DNA of 64,000 nt from an uncultured Gemmatimonadales bacterium (GTDB lineage Bacteria > Gemmatimonadota > Gemmatimonadetes > Gemmatimonadales > Gemmatimonadaceae). The number at the start of each line of letters is the position of its first letter. Position 1 is the stretch's first letter. Made by a program: the position numbers and the translations under genes. Positions 28,514 through 45,871 of the stretch are shown piece by piece. The notes under the pieces are model-generated. The model saw only the letters and a list, made by a program, of their open reading frames with translations. It made no database searches and was not told where the DNA came from. Where the stretch lies: the NCBI GenBank assembly GCA_963701965.1, contig OY969695.1, positions 352,001 to 416,000 of the forward strand, given 5' to 3'.

Positions 28514-29072
28514 ATGGGCACTACGGCCACGCTGCCACTGTGGCTCCAGCAGGTGACGGAGATCGCCGGCGCCATCGTGACGATCGCGCTCGCGATCGTC
28601 GTCTTGGCGGCCATCCCGGTGCTACTGGCCATTCGCCAGCAGATCCGCCGCGGCACCGAGGAAGTCACCCGGGCGGTGTCCGGCGCTGCGCCACTGATCG
28701 GCGAAGCGGTGGCGCTGCTCAACGACCTGCGGGCGATCGGCACGTCTTTACGCGCCAATGCCACGCTCATCCACGACAGCCTCTCCCACGCCGACGCCCG
28801 TTTCCGGAGTCGTGTGGCCGAGCTCGAATGCACTCGTGGGCGTTCTCCGGGACGGCCTGGAGGATGCGGTAGTCTCGGTGGCGGCTGTCGGACGTGGCAT
28901 CCAAGCAGGGACAGCGGCACTGGGGTTGGGAGCCCAAGAGGACTCCCATGACGAATCATTGGAGGCGATGCGAAATGGCGACGACGGCGCGGGACGAGCT
29001 ACACGAGCACCAGGACCACGAGTCAAATCGACGCGGCCGGCCGGGACTGAAGGGGCGGCTGGCCGATCGTGA
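28514..29072 (+). CDS. DUF948-like membrane-anchored protein (frameshift near 28826)
   Basis: N-terminal TM helix plus amphipathic helices. Continues in the adjacent frame as NALVGVLRDGLED. Paired with a YtxH-like gene. Confidence 0.55.
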
Positions 29073-29358
29073 AGTCCAGATAGACGTCGTGGCCGCGGCC
29101 CTGATCGGGGCGGCTATCGGCATTAGTGCGACCCTGTTGATGCGGCCCCGCCGCCGCAACCGGTTCGCGACCGCCGCGCGCCGGGCGGCGCGACGCGGCG
29201 AAACCCTATGGAACGGCCTGCCGGACAGCGATGAGCTGCGCGGCCGGTTTTCCGAATACGTGAACACGGCGCGCGACACCATCGACCGCGCCGTCGATCA
29301 CGAGCTCAAGGCACTGCGCAAGCGACTCGAAAAAGAGCGCTCGCGTCTCCATCTCTAG
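28975..29358 (+). CDS. YtxH-like protein
   Basis: GGAGG RBS. ALIGAAIGISATLLMRP followed by a charged helical tail. Confidence 0.6.
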   Translation: MATTARDELHEHQDHESNRRGRPGLKGRLADREVQIDVVAAALIGAAIGISATLLMRPRRRNRFATAARRAARRGETLWNGLPDSDELRGRFSEYVNTARDTIDRAVDHELKALRKRLEKERSRLHL

Positions 29359-29371
29359 GATCGAACGTCCG

Positions 29372-30273
29372 CTGCGAGTCGCCAGTCTCGCCGCGCTGAT
29401 CCTGCTCGTCGCCGTCGCCGTCGTCGCCCTGACGCCGGCGACGGCGTACGCGTGGACCCCCGGCACGCACGTTTTCCTGGGCGAGGCGGTCATCCGCTCG
29501 GCCGGCATCCTCCCCGCCCTCGTCGCCGACCTCCTGCGCGCGTTCCCGTACGACTTTCTGTACGGGTCGATCGCCGCCGACACCAGCATGGCCAAGAAGT
29601 ACGCGCCGGTCGGCCGCCACTGCCATTCCTGGCACGTGGGCTTCGAGATCTACGACGGCGCCGCTGACGGCCCGCTGCGCGCGTTCGGCCTGGGCTACCT
29701 GGCGCATCTCGCCGCCGACGTCGTCGCGCACAACTACTTCGTGCCCCGCCAACTGGCGCTGACGTCCACCACCACGGGCTTCGGCCACAGCTACTGGGAG
29801 AGCCGGTTCGAAGCCCACCTCGGCGAGCGCCCGGGACACCGGGCCGTGGAGCTGTTGCTGCTGGATCACTCGCGCTCCGACGAGCACCTGGATCGCATTC
29901 TGAGCCCGACGATATTCAGCACCCAGACCAACCGCCGGATATTCCGCGGAATGGTCTACGCCTCCGACACCGAGTCGTGGCAGCGCATCATGCAGCTCGT
30001 GTCCGAGAACAGCCGGTGGGATCTCGCCGAACACGATGTCGCGGCCTACGTGGCGCGTTCGTACGACTTCGTGATGGATCTGCTGCAGCGGCTGGACCAC
30101 TCCGAGCCGTACGCGCTGGATCCGGCGGGGCACGAGCCGCTGCAACAAGCCAAGCGCGTGCGCCGCGCCGCCCTGCGCAAAGGCAGCGATCTCCACCTGA
30201 TCGAGGACGCCGAGCGGCAGTTCGGCTTGCCCGCCTCGCCGCTCAAGTACGCGGCGGGGCTGCCGGCGCCGCT

Positions 30274-30301
<28 letters not shown>
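29372..30301 (+). CDS. Zinc-dependent phospholipase C family protein
   Basis: Signal peptide then mature W-TPGTH, GSIAAD, H-W, GYLAHLAADVVAH, H...E. Start uncertain, upstream of the ORF-track ATG. Confidence 0.8.
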
Positions 30302-31698
<1,397 letters not shown>

Positions 31699-31704
31699 AG
31701 TCGG

Positions 31705-33010
31705 TCAGTGGGCCAGGCGTTCAATGGCGTAGGCCGCCGCGAACATCGCGGTCTCGCCGAAGTGGGGCGCGATGATCTGACCGCCGATCGGCAGCGCGCC
31801 AATGGCGCCGATGGGGACCGAGATCGCGGGCACGCCGGCGAGATTGGCGGTACACGTGAAGATGTCGTTGAGATACATCTCGTACGGATCGGACACGGCG
31901 CCAATGGGAAACGCGGGGGTCGGCGTGGTCGGCGTGAACAACACGTCGACGCCCGACGCGAACACCTTTCGGAAATCCTCGGCGATCAACGATCGGACCT
32001 GCTGCGCCCGTTTGTAGTACGCGTCGTAGTATCCGGCCGACAGGACGTAGGTGCCGAGCAAGAATGCGGCGCGTCACTTCGGCGCCAAAGCCGTCCGACC
32101 GCGTCGCCTCGTACATCGCGGTCAAGGCATCGCGGGAGACGCGGAGTCCGTATCGGACGCCGTCGAACCGGGCCAGGTTCGACGATGCTTCGGCGGGCGC
32201 GATGATATAGTAGACGGGAATGGCCAGATCGGTGTGGGGCAACGACACGTCCTTGATCGTCGCGCCCGCGCGGCGGAATCCTTCCAGCACGGCGTCGCAA
32301 CGCTCCCGGATCGCGGGGTCCAGCTGCGACGGGAAGTATTCGACCGGCCGGCCGATGGTCATCGACGACAGGGGCCGCGCCGCGGCGGCGCGGTAGTCGG
32401 GCACCGGAACATCGACCAATGTGGCGTCCATGGGATCGCGCCCGGCAATGATCTGCAGGCCGAGCGCTGTCTCATCGACGCTTTTGGCCATCACGCCGAC
32501 CTGGTCGAGCGACGAGGCGAAGGCGACGAGCCCGTAGCGGCTCACGCGGCCATAGGTCGGCTTGACGCCGACGATACCGCAAAAAGCGGCGGGCTGCCGC
32601 ACGGACCCGCCGGTCTCCGAGCCCAGCGCGATCGGCGCCAACCCGGCTGCGACGGCGGCGGCCGATCCGCCCGACGACCCGCCGGGAACGCGCGTGGGGT
32701 CGATCGGGTTGCGCGTGGGGCCGAACGCGCTGTTCTCCGTCGAGGATCCCATCGCGAACTCGTCCATGTTCGTCTTGCACGTGATGCGCGCGCCCGCCGC
32801 CCGGAGCCGCGAGACGACCGTGGCTTCGTACGCGCTGACGTACCCCTCGAGAATGCGCGACCCGCAGGACGTCGGCATGCGCAGGGTCGCGATGTTGTCC
32901 TTGATGGCCACGGGTACGTCGAGCAACGGTCCCGTGCGTACCGAGGCCTCGGCGTCGGGATCGGTGGCCAACACGATGTTCAACCCGCTCGGACCCGGGT
33001 CCATCGTCAT
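31705..33010 (-). CDS. gatA: Asp/Glu-tRNA amidotransferase subunit A (+1 indel near 32060)
   Basis: [41 protein letters not shown]. Continues as [15 protein letters not shown] in the adjacent frame. Confidence 0.93.
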
Positions 33011-33306
33011 GCGTCGGCGTCCTCGTGCGTCGCCAACCGCGGCACGAGAAAGAACTTGTCGCGCATTTTGGGCGCGAACGCCTCGCGCGGTCGGGACAGG
33101 GGATACTGCTCGCCATCGTCGCCGCGGAGCGGCATGCCGCCGGACGCGCCGTCGACCGGCACTTGGCTGACGTCGACCCGCTGCAGCACGTCCATGTGGG
33201 CGAGGATCGCCGACAGCTCGGCCGCCAGGGCCGGCAGCCGCGGCTCGTCGACGCCCAGCCGGGCGAGCGCCGCGATATGCCGCACATCGTCGAACGTGAC
33301 CGCCAT
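33007..33306 (-). CDS. gatC: Asp/Glu-tRNA amidotransferase subunit C
   Basis: VRHIAALARL...FLVPRL. Upstream of gatA. Confidence 0.92.
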   Translation of the reverse strand: MAVTFDDVRHIAALARLGVDEPRLPALAAELSAILAHMDVLQRVDVSQVPVDGASGGMPLRGDDGEQYPLSRPREAFAPKMRDKFFLVPRLATHEDADA

Positions 33307-36687
<3,381 letters not shown>

Positions 36688-36688
<1 letters not shown>

Positions 36689-37830
36689 CAGGGCAAAATA
36701 ATGTCGAACGTCGCTCCCCGTTCCGAGGCGACCAACACCAGGCGCCCGCCGTGGTTCTCCTCGATGATGCGCCGGGCCAGGGAAAGCCCTATGCCCCAGC
36801 CCCGCTGCTTGGTCGAGAACCCCGGCGCGAAGATCTGTTTCCGGATCTCCCGCGGAATCCCCGGCCCATCGTCGCCGACCCGGATGCGCACGCCGCCCTC
36901 GGGGAATGCCAATGTCGCGAGGTCGACCCGGCCGCCCCGTCCGCCCAACGCGTCGATCGCGTTCTTGACCAGCGCCTCGAGCGCCCATTCGAGCAACACC
37001 GGGTCACCCTCGACCTTGAGACCGGGCTCGTGCTCCACGCAGATCGTCACCGTGTGGGCCAGCGACGGCACGCGCGCCCGGAAGTATGCCGCGACCTGGT
37101 CGACCAGCTCGGCCGCTACCAACGGCACGGCGCGCGGCGGCCGTCCGATACGCTCGAAGCAATGGGCGACGCGCTCCAGGCGTTCGAGATCGCTCTGCAT
37201 GTGGTCGAGCACGGAGGACGGCCCGCCCTCCCGCTCGCGCAGCAACTCGACCCAGCCACTCAGGGACGACAGCGGCGTGCCGAGTTGATGCGCCGACTCG
37301 CGCGCCATGCCGGCCCAGACGCGTTCGCGGTCGGCATGCGCCCGCGTGCGCAGCGTGAAGATGCTGGCGGCGATGAGAAAGGCCAGTAGGATCAGCTGAA
37401 GAACCGGGATGACGCGGAGCCCCTCGACCAGCGGCGTATTCCCGAAATGCACGATGCCGATGCCCGGCTCGATCACCGGGGGATTCTGGGCGTCGAGCAG
37501 GCGCACGTACGCTTGCATGCGCGGCCCATCGAGCGGAGCCGTAAACGGAATGTTCGCCGTGTCCCGGGGGATCCCGTGAGGATCGGTGAAGATCACGGGC
37601 ACGCCCATCTCGCGGATGTGCCGCGCCAGGTCGAACAGGGCCTCGGCGTTCGCCCCTTCCGCGGGATCGCTCAGCGCCTTGAAGACGCGGGCGTACATCT
37701 GCCCCGCGCGCGAGGCTTCGCGCCGCAGCTCGGCGATCACGCGCTGCGTGTACACCACGTACCAGCCGAGGAGCACGGCGAACCCCGCGACCAGCAGGAT
37801 CGTGGGCAGGCGCCGTTTGATCGCGATCAT
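36688..37830 (-). CDS. Membrane sensor histidine kinase
   Basis: Two TM segments, [10 protein letters not shown]-box, VKNAIDA, DDGPGI, GWGIGLS. Confidence 0.92.
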
Positions 37831-39107
37831 CCGATCCGTGCGACGCCGCCGAGGTAGGGGCGTAGGACGTCAGGGACCCGAACGCTGCCGTCCGGCTCCT
37901 GATAGTGCTCCAAGATCGCGGCGATCGTCCGCGGGAACGCGAGGCCCGAGCCGTTGAGGGTGTGCACGAACTCGGGCTTCTTCTGCCCTGGGCCCCGGTA
38001 GCGAATGTTGGCCCGGCGGGCCTGAAAGTCGGTGAACGTGCTGCAGGAGGACACCTCGAGCCACTTCCCGACGCCCGGCGCCCAGACTTCCAGATCGTAC
38101 GTCTTGGCGCTGGCGAACCCGGTATCGCCCGCCGCCAGAAGTACCACGCGATAGGGGAGCCCCAACTGTTGCAACACGGCCTCGGCGTGCGCGGTCAACC
38201 GCTCATGCTCGGCCGGCGAGTCCTCCGGCGCGGTCACGCGCACCAACTCCACCTTGTCGAACTGATGCACGCGCAAAAGCCCGCGCGTATCCTTCCCCGC
38301 CGCGCCGGCCTCGCGCCGAAAGCACGGCGTGTAGGCCACGACACCCAACGGTAGCGTCGCCCCATCCAGGATCTCGTCACGAAACAAGTTCGTGACGGGG
38401 ACTTCGGCGGTCGGGATCAGGAAGAGATCGTCGCTGGCGACGTGATAGAGATCGTCCGCGAACTTGGGGAGCTGGCCCGTCCCCGTCATCGTCTGACGGT
38501 TCACCACGAATGGGACCCAGACCTCTTCGTATCCGTGCGTGCCGGTGTGCAGATCGACCATCCAGGACATCAGCGCCCGCACGAGTCGTGCGCCAAGCCC
38601 CCGAAAGACCACGAACCCGGATCCGCTGATCTTGGCGCCGCTCTGGAGATCGAGCAGGCCGAGCGCCGTGCCGACGTCCCAGTGCGGCTTCACGCCATCG
38701 GTCGAACGCGGCGTCCCCCACGTCCGGACCACGCAGTTGGCGTCTTCGCCCCCCGCGGGGACTTCCGGGAGCGTGGCGTTCGGAACCTGTAACAGCAGCT
38801 CGTCCCGCTCGCGCTTCGCTTCGCTCGCGCTCGAGTCGAGCGCCGTGATCGCCGAGCCGACGTCGCGGCTTTTGGCGACCAGTGCCGAGGCGTCTTCGCC
38901 GGCCCGCTTGGCACGCTGCACCTGTTCGGTCAGCGCGTTGCGCTCGGCCTTGAGTGACTCGGCCTGCGCCACATCATGGCGCCAGGTCTCATCGATCTCG
39001 GCCACGCGCGCGAGCGTAGCGAGCGCGTCTTCGCCGGCCGCGCCGCGACGGCGCAACGCGTCGCGCAGCGCCTCGGGCCGCTCGCGGAGCACTCGCAGAT
39101 CGTGCAC
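37827..39107 (-). CDS. serS: Serine--tRNA ligase
   Basis: TGQLPKF, PTAEVP, FRREAG, HQFDKVE, EVSSCS, HTLNGSG. Confidence 0.97.
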   Translation of the reverse strand: MHDLRVLRERPEALRDALRRRGAAGEDALATLARVAEIDETWRHDVAQAESLKAERNALTEQVQRAKRAGEDASALVAKSRDVGSAITALDSSASEAKRERDELLLQVPNATLPEVPAGGEDANCVVRTWGTPRSTDGVKPHWDVGTALGLLDLQSGAKISGSGFVVFRGLGARLVRALMSWMVDLHTGTHGYEEVWVPFVVNRQTMTGTGQLPKFADDLYHVASDDLFLIPTAEVPVTNLFRDEILDGATLPLGVVAYTPCFRREAGAAGKDTRGLLRVHQFDKVELVRVTAPEDSPAEHERLTAHAEAVLQQLGLPYRVVLLAAGDTGFASAKTYDLEVWAPGVGKWLEVSSCSTFTDFQARRANIRYRGPGQKKPEFVHTLNGSGLAFPRTIAAILEHYQEPDGSVRVPDVLRPYLGGVARIG

Positions 39108-39113
39108 TGCCGC

Positions 39114-39707
39114 TCAGTGCGTGGGGATGATGCCGGGGACGAGCGTGTCGTAGTCGCAGTTCGGGTCGACGACGGCGCGGAAGAAAACGCGGCCGGTCGG
39201 CACGTCGACACTGTCGATGACGAACTTGCTGTACAACGCTTGTTGGGACGTGATCGACACTGCGACACAGGCCGTCCCATTCTGGGACACGACCTCGAAC
39301 ACCGTCCCGACCGACACCGTGTCCGGGTCATTGAAGTTATATCCGGAATGCTCCGCGATCGTGATCGACTCGAAGCTCTGGTCCATGTTCTGGATGCCCA
39401 CGATGCGCGGCGACCCGAGGACCGTGCCGATGAGCTTGGCCGGAAAGATGATCGGCCGGCCGGCCGGGTCCAGGTCGAACACGATGTCGAACGCCAACGT
39501 CCCGTCCGGCACGACCAGCAGGTTCGTCGCGAGATCGAACGCACTCGGCTGCTGGGCCAGGCTATGGTTGATCGAAAACGCGACCAGCGTGTCCGACGGA
39601 ATGGTGATCGTTGCCGCCGGCTTGGTAGGATCCCCGCACCCCAATGCGGCAATCACCACGGCGGACAGCAACAGGAACGCGGCGGGGAACGGACGGACGA
39701 ATGTCAT
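39114..39707 (-). CDS. Hypothetical lipoprotein
   Basis: Hydrophobic leader with lipobox ALG-C. Confidence 0.65.
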   Translation of the reverse strand: MTFVRPFPAAFLLLSAVVIAALGCGDPTKPAATITIPSDTLVAFSINHSLAQQPSAFDLATNLLVVPDGTLAFDIVFDLDPAGRPIIFPAKLIGTVLGSPRIVGIQNMDQSFESITIAEHSGYNFNDPDTVSVGTVFEVVSQNGTACVAVSITSQQALYSKFVIDSVDVPTGRVFFRAVVDPNCDYDTLVPGIIPTH

Positions 39708-39822
39708 GGATGATGCACAATAGGTTAAGGGTACGCGCTACACTACTGCAAGCTGTTCGCATCGCTTGACTTCCCTCCTGTGCCCTCCTAGCTTCGCTCG
39801 TCCATTCCGCACGAGGAGATTC

Positions 39823-40176
39823 ATGCCCACCATCAGAGATTTGGTCGCGGCCATCCGCCAGCGGGACGGCGTCGACGCGGCCGTGGTGCTGGGCCGCGAC
39901 GGCTTGCTGATCGATAGCCAGGCGATCTCCAGCTTGGAGGCCGAGAACGTGGCCGCACACGTTCCCGCGGTTGTACACGCCGCCGATGAGTTTGGTGCCG
40001 CCGCCGACCGCGGATCGTTGGTGACCGCCGTGCTGGAGCACCCGAGCGGCCTGGCGATCATCTCCGTGCTGTCGTCGGACGCGATCCTGCTGGTGCTGGT
40101 CCAGGCAAAAGCCAACGTGGGTCAGCTGTTGTTCGAGCTGCGCCGGCACCGCGAACAAATCGCGTTGCTCGTCTAG
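39823..40176 (+). CDS. Roadblock/LC7 (MglB-like) domain protein
   Basis: GAGGAG RBS. GVDAAVVLGRDGLLID...ANVGQLLFEL. Confidence 0.85.
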   Translation: MPTIRDLVAAIRQRDGVDAAVVLGRDGLLIDSQAISSLEAENVAAHVPAVVHAADEFGAAADRGSLVTAVLEHPSGLAIISVLSSDAILLVLVQAKANVGQLLFELRRHREQIALLV

Positions 40177-40190
40177 TCGAGGCGGGGCCG

Positions 40191-40598
40191 ATGGACACGA
40201 TCCACGCCCTGGTCGCCGATGATGAGCCGCACATCGGCCGGATCATCAAGATGAAGCTCGAACAGGGTCCCTTTCGCGTGACGCTGGCCTACGACGGGCG
40301 CGAGGCACTCGAAGTCCTGCGCCGCGAGGCCGACATCCAGATCGTGCTGCTCGACCTCATGATGCCTCACCTGAGTGGCCTCGACGTCCTGGCCGCGATT
40401 CGCGCCGACCCGGCCCGGCGGGACATGCCGTGCATCATCCTGACCGCCGCCGGTCAAGAGCAGCAGCACCGCCTGGCCATGCGCCTGGGCGCCACGGAGT
40501 TTTTGACCAAGCCGTTCAGCCCAAAGAAGCTCTACGCGCGCACCGCGCAGCTCGCCGGCGTCGCCACCGAGGACGAATCCGGCGGGGAGGCCGGGTGA
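40191..40598 (+). CDS. Single-domain response regulator
   Basis: VADDE, LLDLMMP, LTA, FLTKPF. Confidence 0.93.
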   Translation: MDTIHALVADDEPHIGRIIKMKLEQGPFRVTLAYDGREALEVLRREADIQIVLLDLMMPHLSGLDVLAAIRADPARRDMPCIILTAAGQEQQHRLAMRLGATEFLTKPFSPKKLYARTAQLAGVATEDESGGEAG

Positions 40599-41620
40599 CG
40601 ACCTGGGCGGTCGTGCTGGCCGGTGGCATCGGCTCGCGCTTTTGGCCGCTCAGCACGCCGGAGCGGCCCAAGCAGCTCCTTCCGCTCGTCACCACCGAGC
40701 CGCTGCTCGCCGATACGCTCGCGCGCCTCGCGCCCCTGGTGCCGCCGGAGCGCACCCTGGTGCTGACCAACGCCGGCATCCGCGACGAAGTGCTCCGCCT
40801 CTCCGGCCTGGCCGAAGCCAATGTCGTCGCCGAGCCGCGCCCCGCGGGAACGGCGGCCGCCCTGGCCTACGCGGCGGCCGAGATCGCCCGGCGCGACTCC
40901 CGCGACGCGGGCATGGTCTGCGTGCACGCGGACTGGGCGGTGACCGATGCCGCGGCATTCCGCGACGCGCTCTCCGCGGCCGTCACCGCCGCTGCGCGCC
41001 ATCGGAGCCTGGTCACCGTCGGCATTGTGCCCACGCGGCCCGATCCAGGGTTCGGGTACATCTGCCCCGGCGGCGAAGTCGAGCCCGGCGTCCTGCGCGT
41101 CGAGCGATTCGTGGAAAAGCCCGACCGGCTGCGCGCCGCCAAGATGTGCGCCGATGGCTATCTCTGGAACTCGGGCATCTTCGCCTGGCGCGTCGGCGAC
41201 TTTCTGGACGAGGTGCGGGAGCACGCGCCGGAAGTGGCCCCGGCGCTGGCGCACGCGGATCTCGCGCACTTTTTCGCCGCCGTGCTCAAGCCGGTGTCCG
41301 TCGACGTCGGCGTCCTGGAGCGCAGCAGTCGCGTGCTGGTGATTCCGGGGCGGTTCGGGTGGGACGACGTGGGGACCTGGGGCGCGCTGGCGCGCGTGCG
41401 GACGCCCGATGGCGACGGCAACGCGATCTACGGACCGGTATTCGCGCGCGATGCACGCGGCAACGTCGTCCACGCCGAGGCGAACACGGTCGTCCTCGAT
41501 GGCGTATCGGGACTGGTCGTCGTGACGTGCGACGGTGTCACCCTGGTCACCACGCTGGAGCGCTCGGCGGATCTCAAGGGACTGATCGAGTCGCTGCCGT
41601 CATCGATCCGCGACCGGTGA
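40595..41620 (+). CDS. manC: Mannose-1-phosphate guanylyltransferase
   Basis: VLAGGIGSRFWPLS...PKQLL, FVEKP, WNSGIF, WDDVGTW. Confidence 0.9.
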   Translation: MTTWAVVLAGGIGSRFWPLSTPERPKQLLPLVTTEPLLADTLARLAPLVPPERTLVLTNAGIRDEVLRLSGLAEANVVAEPRPAGTAAALAYAAAEIARRDSRDAGMVCVHADWAVTDAAAFRDALSAAVTAAARHRSLVTVGIVPTRPDPGFGYICPGGEVEPGVLRVERFVEKPDRLRAAKMCADGYLWNSGIFAWRVGDFLDEVREHAPEVAPALAHADLAHFFAAVLKPVSVDVGVLERSSRVLVIPGRFGWDDVGTWGALARVRTPDGDGNAIYGPVFARDARGNVVHAEANTVVLDGVSGLVVVTCDGVTLVTTLERSADLKGLIESLPSSIRDR

Positions 41621-42807
41621 GCCTGTATCTCTACGACGATGCGCGGGCCCGGGCGTTCGAGCCGTTTGCGCTGACCCGGCCCGCCGGGGAGTTGCGCGCG
41701 GGGGCGCTCCTGACGCGCGAACGTTGGCAGATCGTCGTGAGCGAGGCCGCCGCGGGGCACATCGTCGCGCCGCACCTCGAGGCCTACGAGGAACCCGGCG
41801 CTCCGCCGGCCGCCGCCGGTGAGCTCCCTGCCGGCGCGATCGTCGCCAACTCCCGCTGCATCCCATCGCTGGGCGCGATCGATCGCGGCGCCACGGTCTG
41901 GCGTTGCGCCGGGCGCGTCGCGGCCGTGCGGCTCGGTCACGGGGTGACGCTGGAGTCGTTCGCCGACGGATCCCTGCCACTGGAAAAGGTCGCCGCCGAC
42001 GGCCAGGTGGCCGAGATACCGGGGCGCTGGATCGACGATGTCTGGGACTACATTCGCGATCTCCAGGCCCAGCTCGTCGAGGACATCACGGCGCTGGGGC
42101 CCACGCTGGCCGTCGGCGAGGCCCGCGGTGCGCACGCGCTGTACGTCGAGCGCGGCGCCACGATCGATCCCATGGTCTCGATCGACTGCGCCAACGGACC
42201 GGTGCTCGTCCGGCGCCACTCCGTGGTGCACGCGTTCACGCGCCTGATCGGACCGTGTTATGTCGGCGAGCACGCGACCGTCACCACGGATCGGATCGAG
42301 GGCAGCGCCATCGGCGACCATTGCAAGGTCCATGGTGAGCTGAGCGCCTCGATCGTGCTCGGCTACGCCAACAAGTCGCACGACGGATTCGTGGGGCACT
42401 CGTACCTCGGCCGGTGGGTCAACCTGGGCGCCGGGACGATCACGAGTAATCTCAAGAACACCTACGGCAGCGTCCAACTGTGGACGCCCGAAGGGGTCCG
42501 TGACACCGGCATGCGGTTTCTGGGCACGCTGTTCGGCGACTACGCCAAGACGGGCATCGGCACGCGCCTGACCACGGGCGCGGTAGTCGGGGCCGGCGCC
42601 AACGTGGTGGGGGGCGACATCAGCCCGAAATACGTGCCGCCGTTTGCCTGGGACCACACCAGGAAGGCCGCCACCTATGCCTTGATCAAGTTCTACGAGA
42701 CGGCGGAGCGGCAGATGTCGCGGCGGGCGGTGCCGTTGGGCGAGAATGCGAAGCGGCAGTTGGCCGCGGCGCACGCGCGGGCCGAGGCGGCAGGATCCAA
42801 GCTGTGA
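41617..42807 (+). CDS. Putative sugar nucleotidyltransferase with hexapeptide repeats (GlmU-related)
   Basis: PFALTRPAGELRAG, NKSHDGFVGHSYLGRWVNLGAGT, SNLKN. Confidence 0.8.
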   Translation: MSLYLYDDARARAFEPFALTRPAGELRAGALLTRERWQIVVSEAAAGHIVAPHLEAYEEPGAPPAAAGELPAGAIVANSRCIPSLGAIDRGATVWRCAGRVAAVRLGHGVTLESFADGSLPLEKVAADGQVAEIPGRWIDDVWDYIRDLQAQLVEDITALGPTLAVGEARGAHALYVERGATIDPMVSIDCANGPVLVRRHSVVHAFTRLIGPCYVGEHATVTTDRIEGSAIGDHCKVHGELSASIVLGYANKSHDGFVGHSYLGRWVNLGAGTITSNLKNTYGSVQLWTPEGVRDTGMRFLGTLFGDYAKTGIGTRLTTGAVVGAGANVVGGDISPKYVPPFAWDHTRKAATYALIKFYETAERQMSRRAVPLGENAKRQLAAAHARAEAAGSKL

Positions 42808-43574
42808 ATACGCGGTTGCTCGGCAGCGGGAGCGGCGGCAACGCCGTCCTCATCGAGTCCGGCGACACGCGCGTGCTGATCGACGCCGGGTTCCCCCGCC
42901 GCGTGCTGGCGCGGCGGCTGGAGCGCGCCGGCGTCGCGCCGGAGTCCATCGTCGCGGTGCTCGTGACCCACGAGCATGTCGATCACGCCCGCGGGGTCGC
43001 GGCGTGCGCGTCGCGGTGGGGATGGCGGGTCATAGGTACCGCGGGCACGCTGGCCGCGTGCGGCGACCTGCCGGAGGCCACCGTCATTGGCGCCGGGGAC
43101 ACCGTCTCGGTGGGGTCGTTCGACTTGAGCGCGGTGCCGGTGCCGCACGACGCCGCGGAGCCGATCGCCGTGGTGGCGACGGATCGAGCCAGCGGGGTCC
43201 GCGTGGGGATCGCCTACGATCTTGGCCGCGTCACCGACGCGGTGCGCGCCGCGTTCACGGACCTCGATACGGTCGTCGTCGAATCCAACCACGACGAAGG
43301 CCTGCTCCGTGCCAGCCCCTACCCGCCCTCGGTCATGTTCCGCATCGCCGGGCCGCGCGGGCATCTCAGCAATCGCGCCGCCGCCGAGCTCGTACGGGCC
43401 ATCGCGTGGCGGGGACTGCGGCATGTCGTGCTCGCGCACCTGAGCGAGACCTGCAACGATCCCGCGCTGGCGGTCACCGCTATGCGCGCCGTCTGGCGTG
43501 GGCCGCTGGTCGCGGCCACGCAGGACGGGCTGTGCGCCATTGGCGCGCCGGACCAACTGTCGCTGGGCCTATAA
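42804..43574 (+). CDS. MBL-fold metallo-hydrolase (YycJ/WalJ-like)
   Basis: GSGSGGNA, THEHVDH, PHDA, ESNHD, GHLSN, AHLS. Confidence 0.9.
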   Translation: MNTRLLGSGSGGNAVLIESGDTRVLIDAGFPRRVLARRLERAGVAPESIVAVLVTHEHVDHARGVAACASRWGWRVIGTAGTLAACGDLPEATVIGAGDTVSVGSFDLSAVPVPHDAAEPIAVVATDRASGVRVGIAYDLGRVTDAVRAAFTDLDTVVVESNHDEGLLRASPYPPSVMFRIAGPRGHLSNRAAAELVRAIAWRGLRHVVLAHLSETCNDPALAVTAMRAVWRGPLVAATQDGLCAIGAPDQLSLGL

Positions 43575-43606
43575 AAAGAAAACGGGGGTCGATTGCTCGA
43601 CCCCCG
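43573..43606 (-). terminator. Intrinsic terminator of the groESL transcript
   Basis: CGGGGGTCGA-GCAA-TCGACCCCCG followed by TTTTCTTTTT on the minus strand. Confidence 0.9.
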
Positions 43607-43625
43607 CCTCTTGTGCGCCGGGCAG

Positions 43626-45460
<1,835 letters not shown>

Positions 45461-45467
45461 TTAGTCC

Positions 45468-45776
45468 TCAGCCGATGACCGCGAGCACATCAGACTCGCG
45501 AAGAATGAGCAGTTGCTCGTTGTCGACGGTCACTTCCGTGCCGCTGTACTTCCCGTAGAGCACCTTGTCGCCGACTTTGACTTCCATCGGCACCCGCTTG
45601 CCATCGTCAAAGCGGCCCGGCCCGACGGCCACGATCTCACCCTGCTGCGGCTTTTCCTTGGCGGTATCGGGGATATAGAGCCCACCCCGCATCTGTTCCG
45701 CCTCTTCCAACGCCTTCACGACTACGCGGTCAGCCAGCGGGCTGACCTTCGCGCCCACGGCACCCTTAGCGGCCAT
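45468..45776 (-). CDS. groES: Co-chaperonin GroES
   Basis: [42 protein letters not shown]. Confidence 0.98.
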   Translation of the reverse strand: MAAKGAVGAKVSPLADRVVVKALEEAEQMRGGLYIPDTAKEKPQQGEIVAVGPGRFDDGKRVPMEVKVGDKVLYGKYSGTEVTVDNEQLLILRESDVLAVIG

Positions 45777-45805
45777 ACGTACTCCTCCCATTGTACCGGT
45801 GTTGA

Positions 45806-45832
45806 TTAGCACTCTCTACAGGTGAGTGCTAA
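45806..45832. promoter_or_regulatory. CIRCE element (HrcA operator)
   Basis: Perfect TTAGCACTC-N9-GAGTGCTAA upstream of groES. Confidence 0.97.
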
Positions 45833-45841
45833 CAGAACATG

Positions 45842-45871
45842 AAGCTACCCGGCCACGCTGCCGGGAGTCAA
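45842..45871 (-). promoter_or_regulatory. Sigma70-type groESL promoter
   Basis: TTGACT-18nt-TAGCTT directly upstream of CIRCE. Confidence 0.6.
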
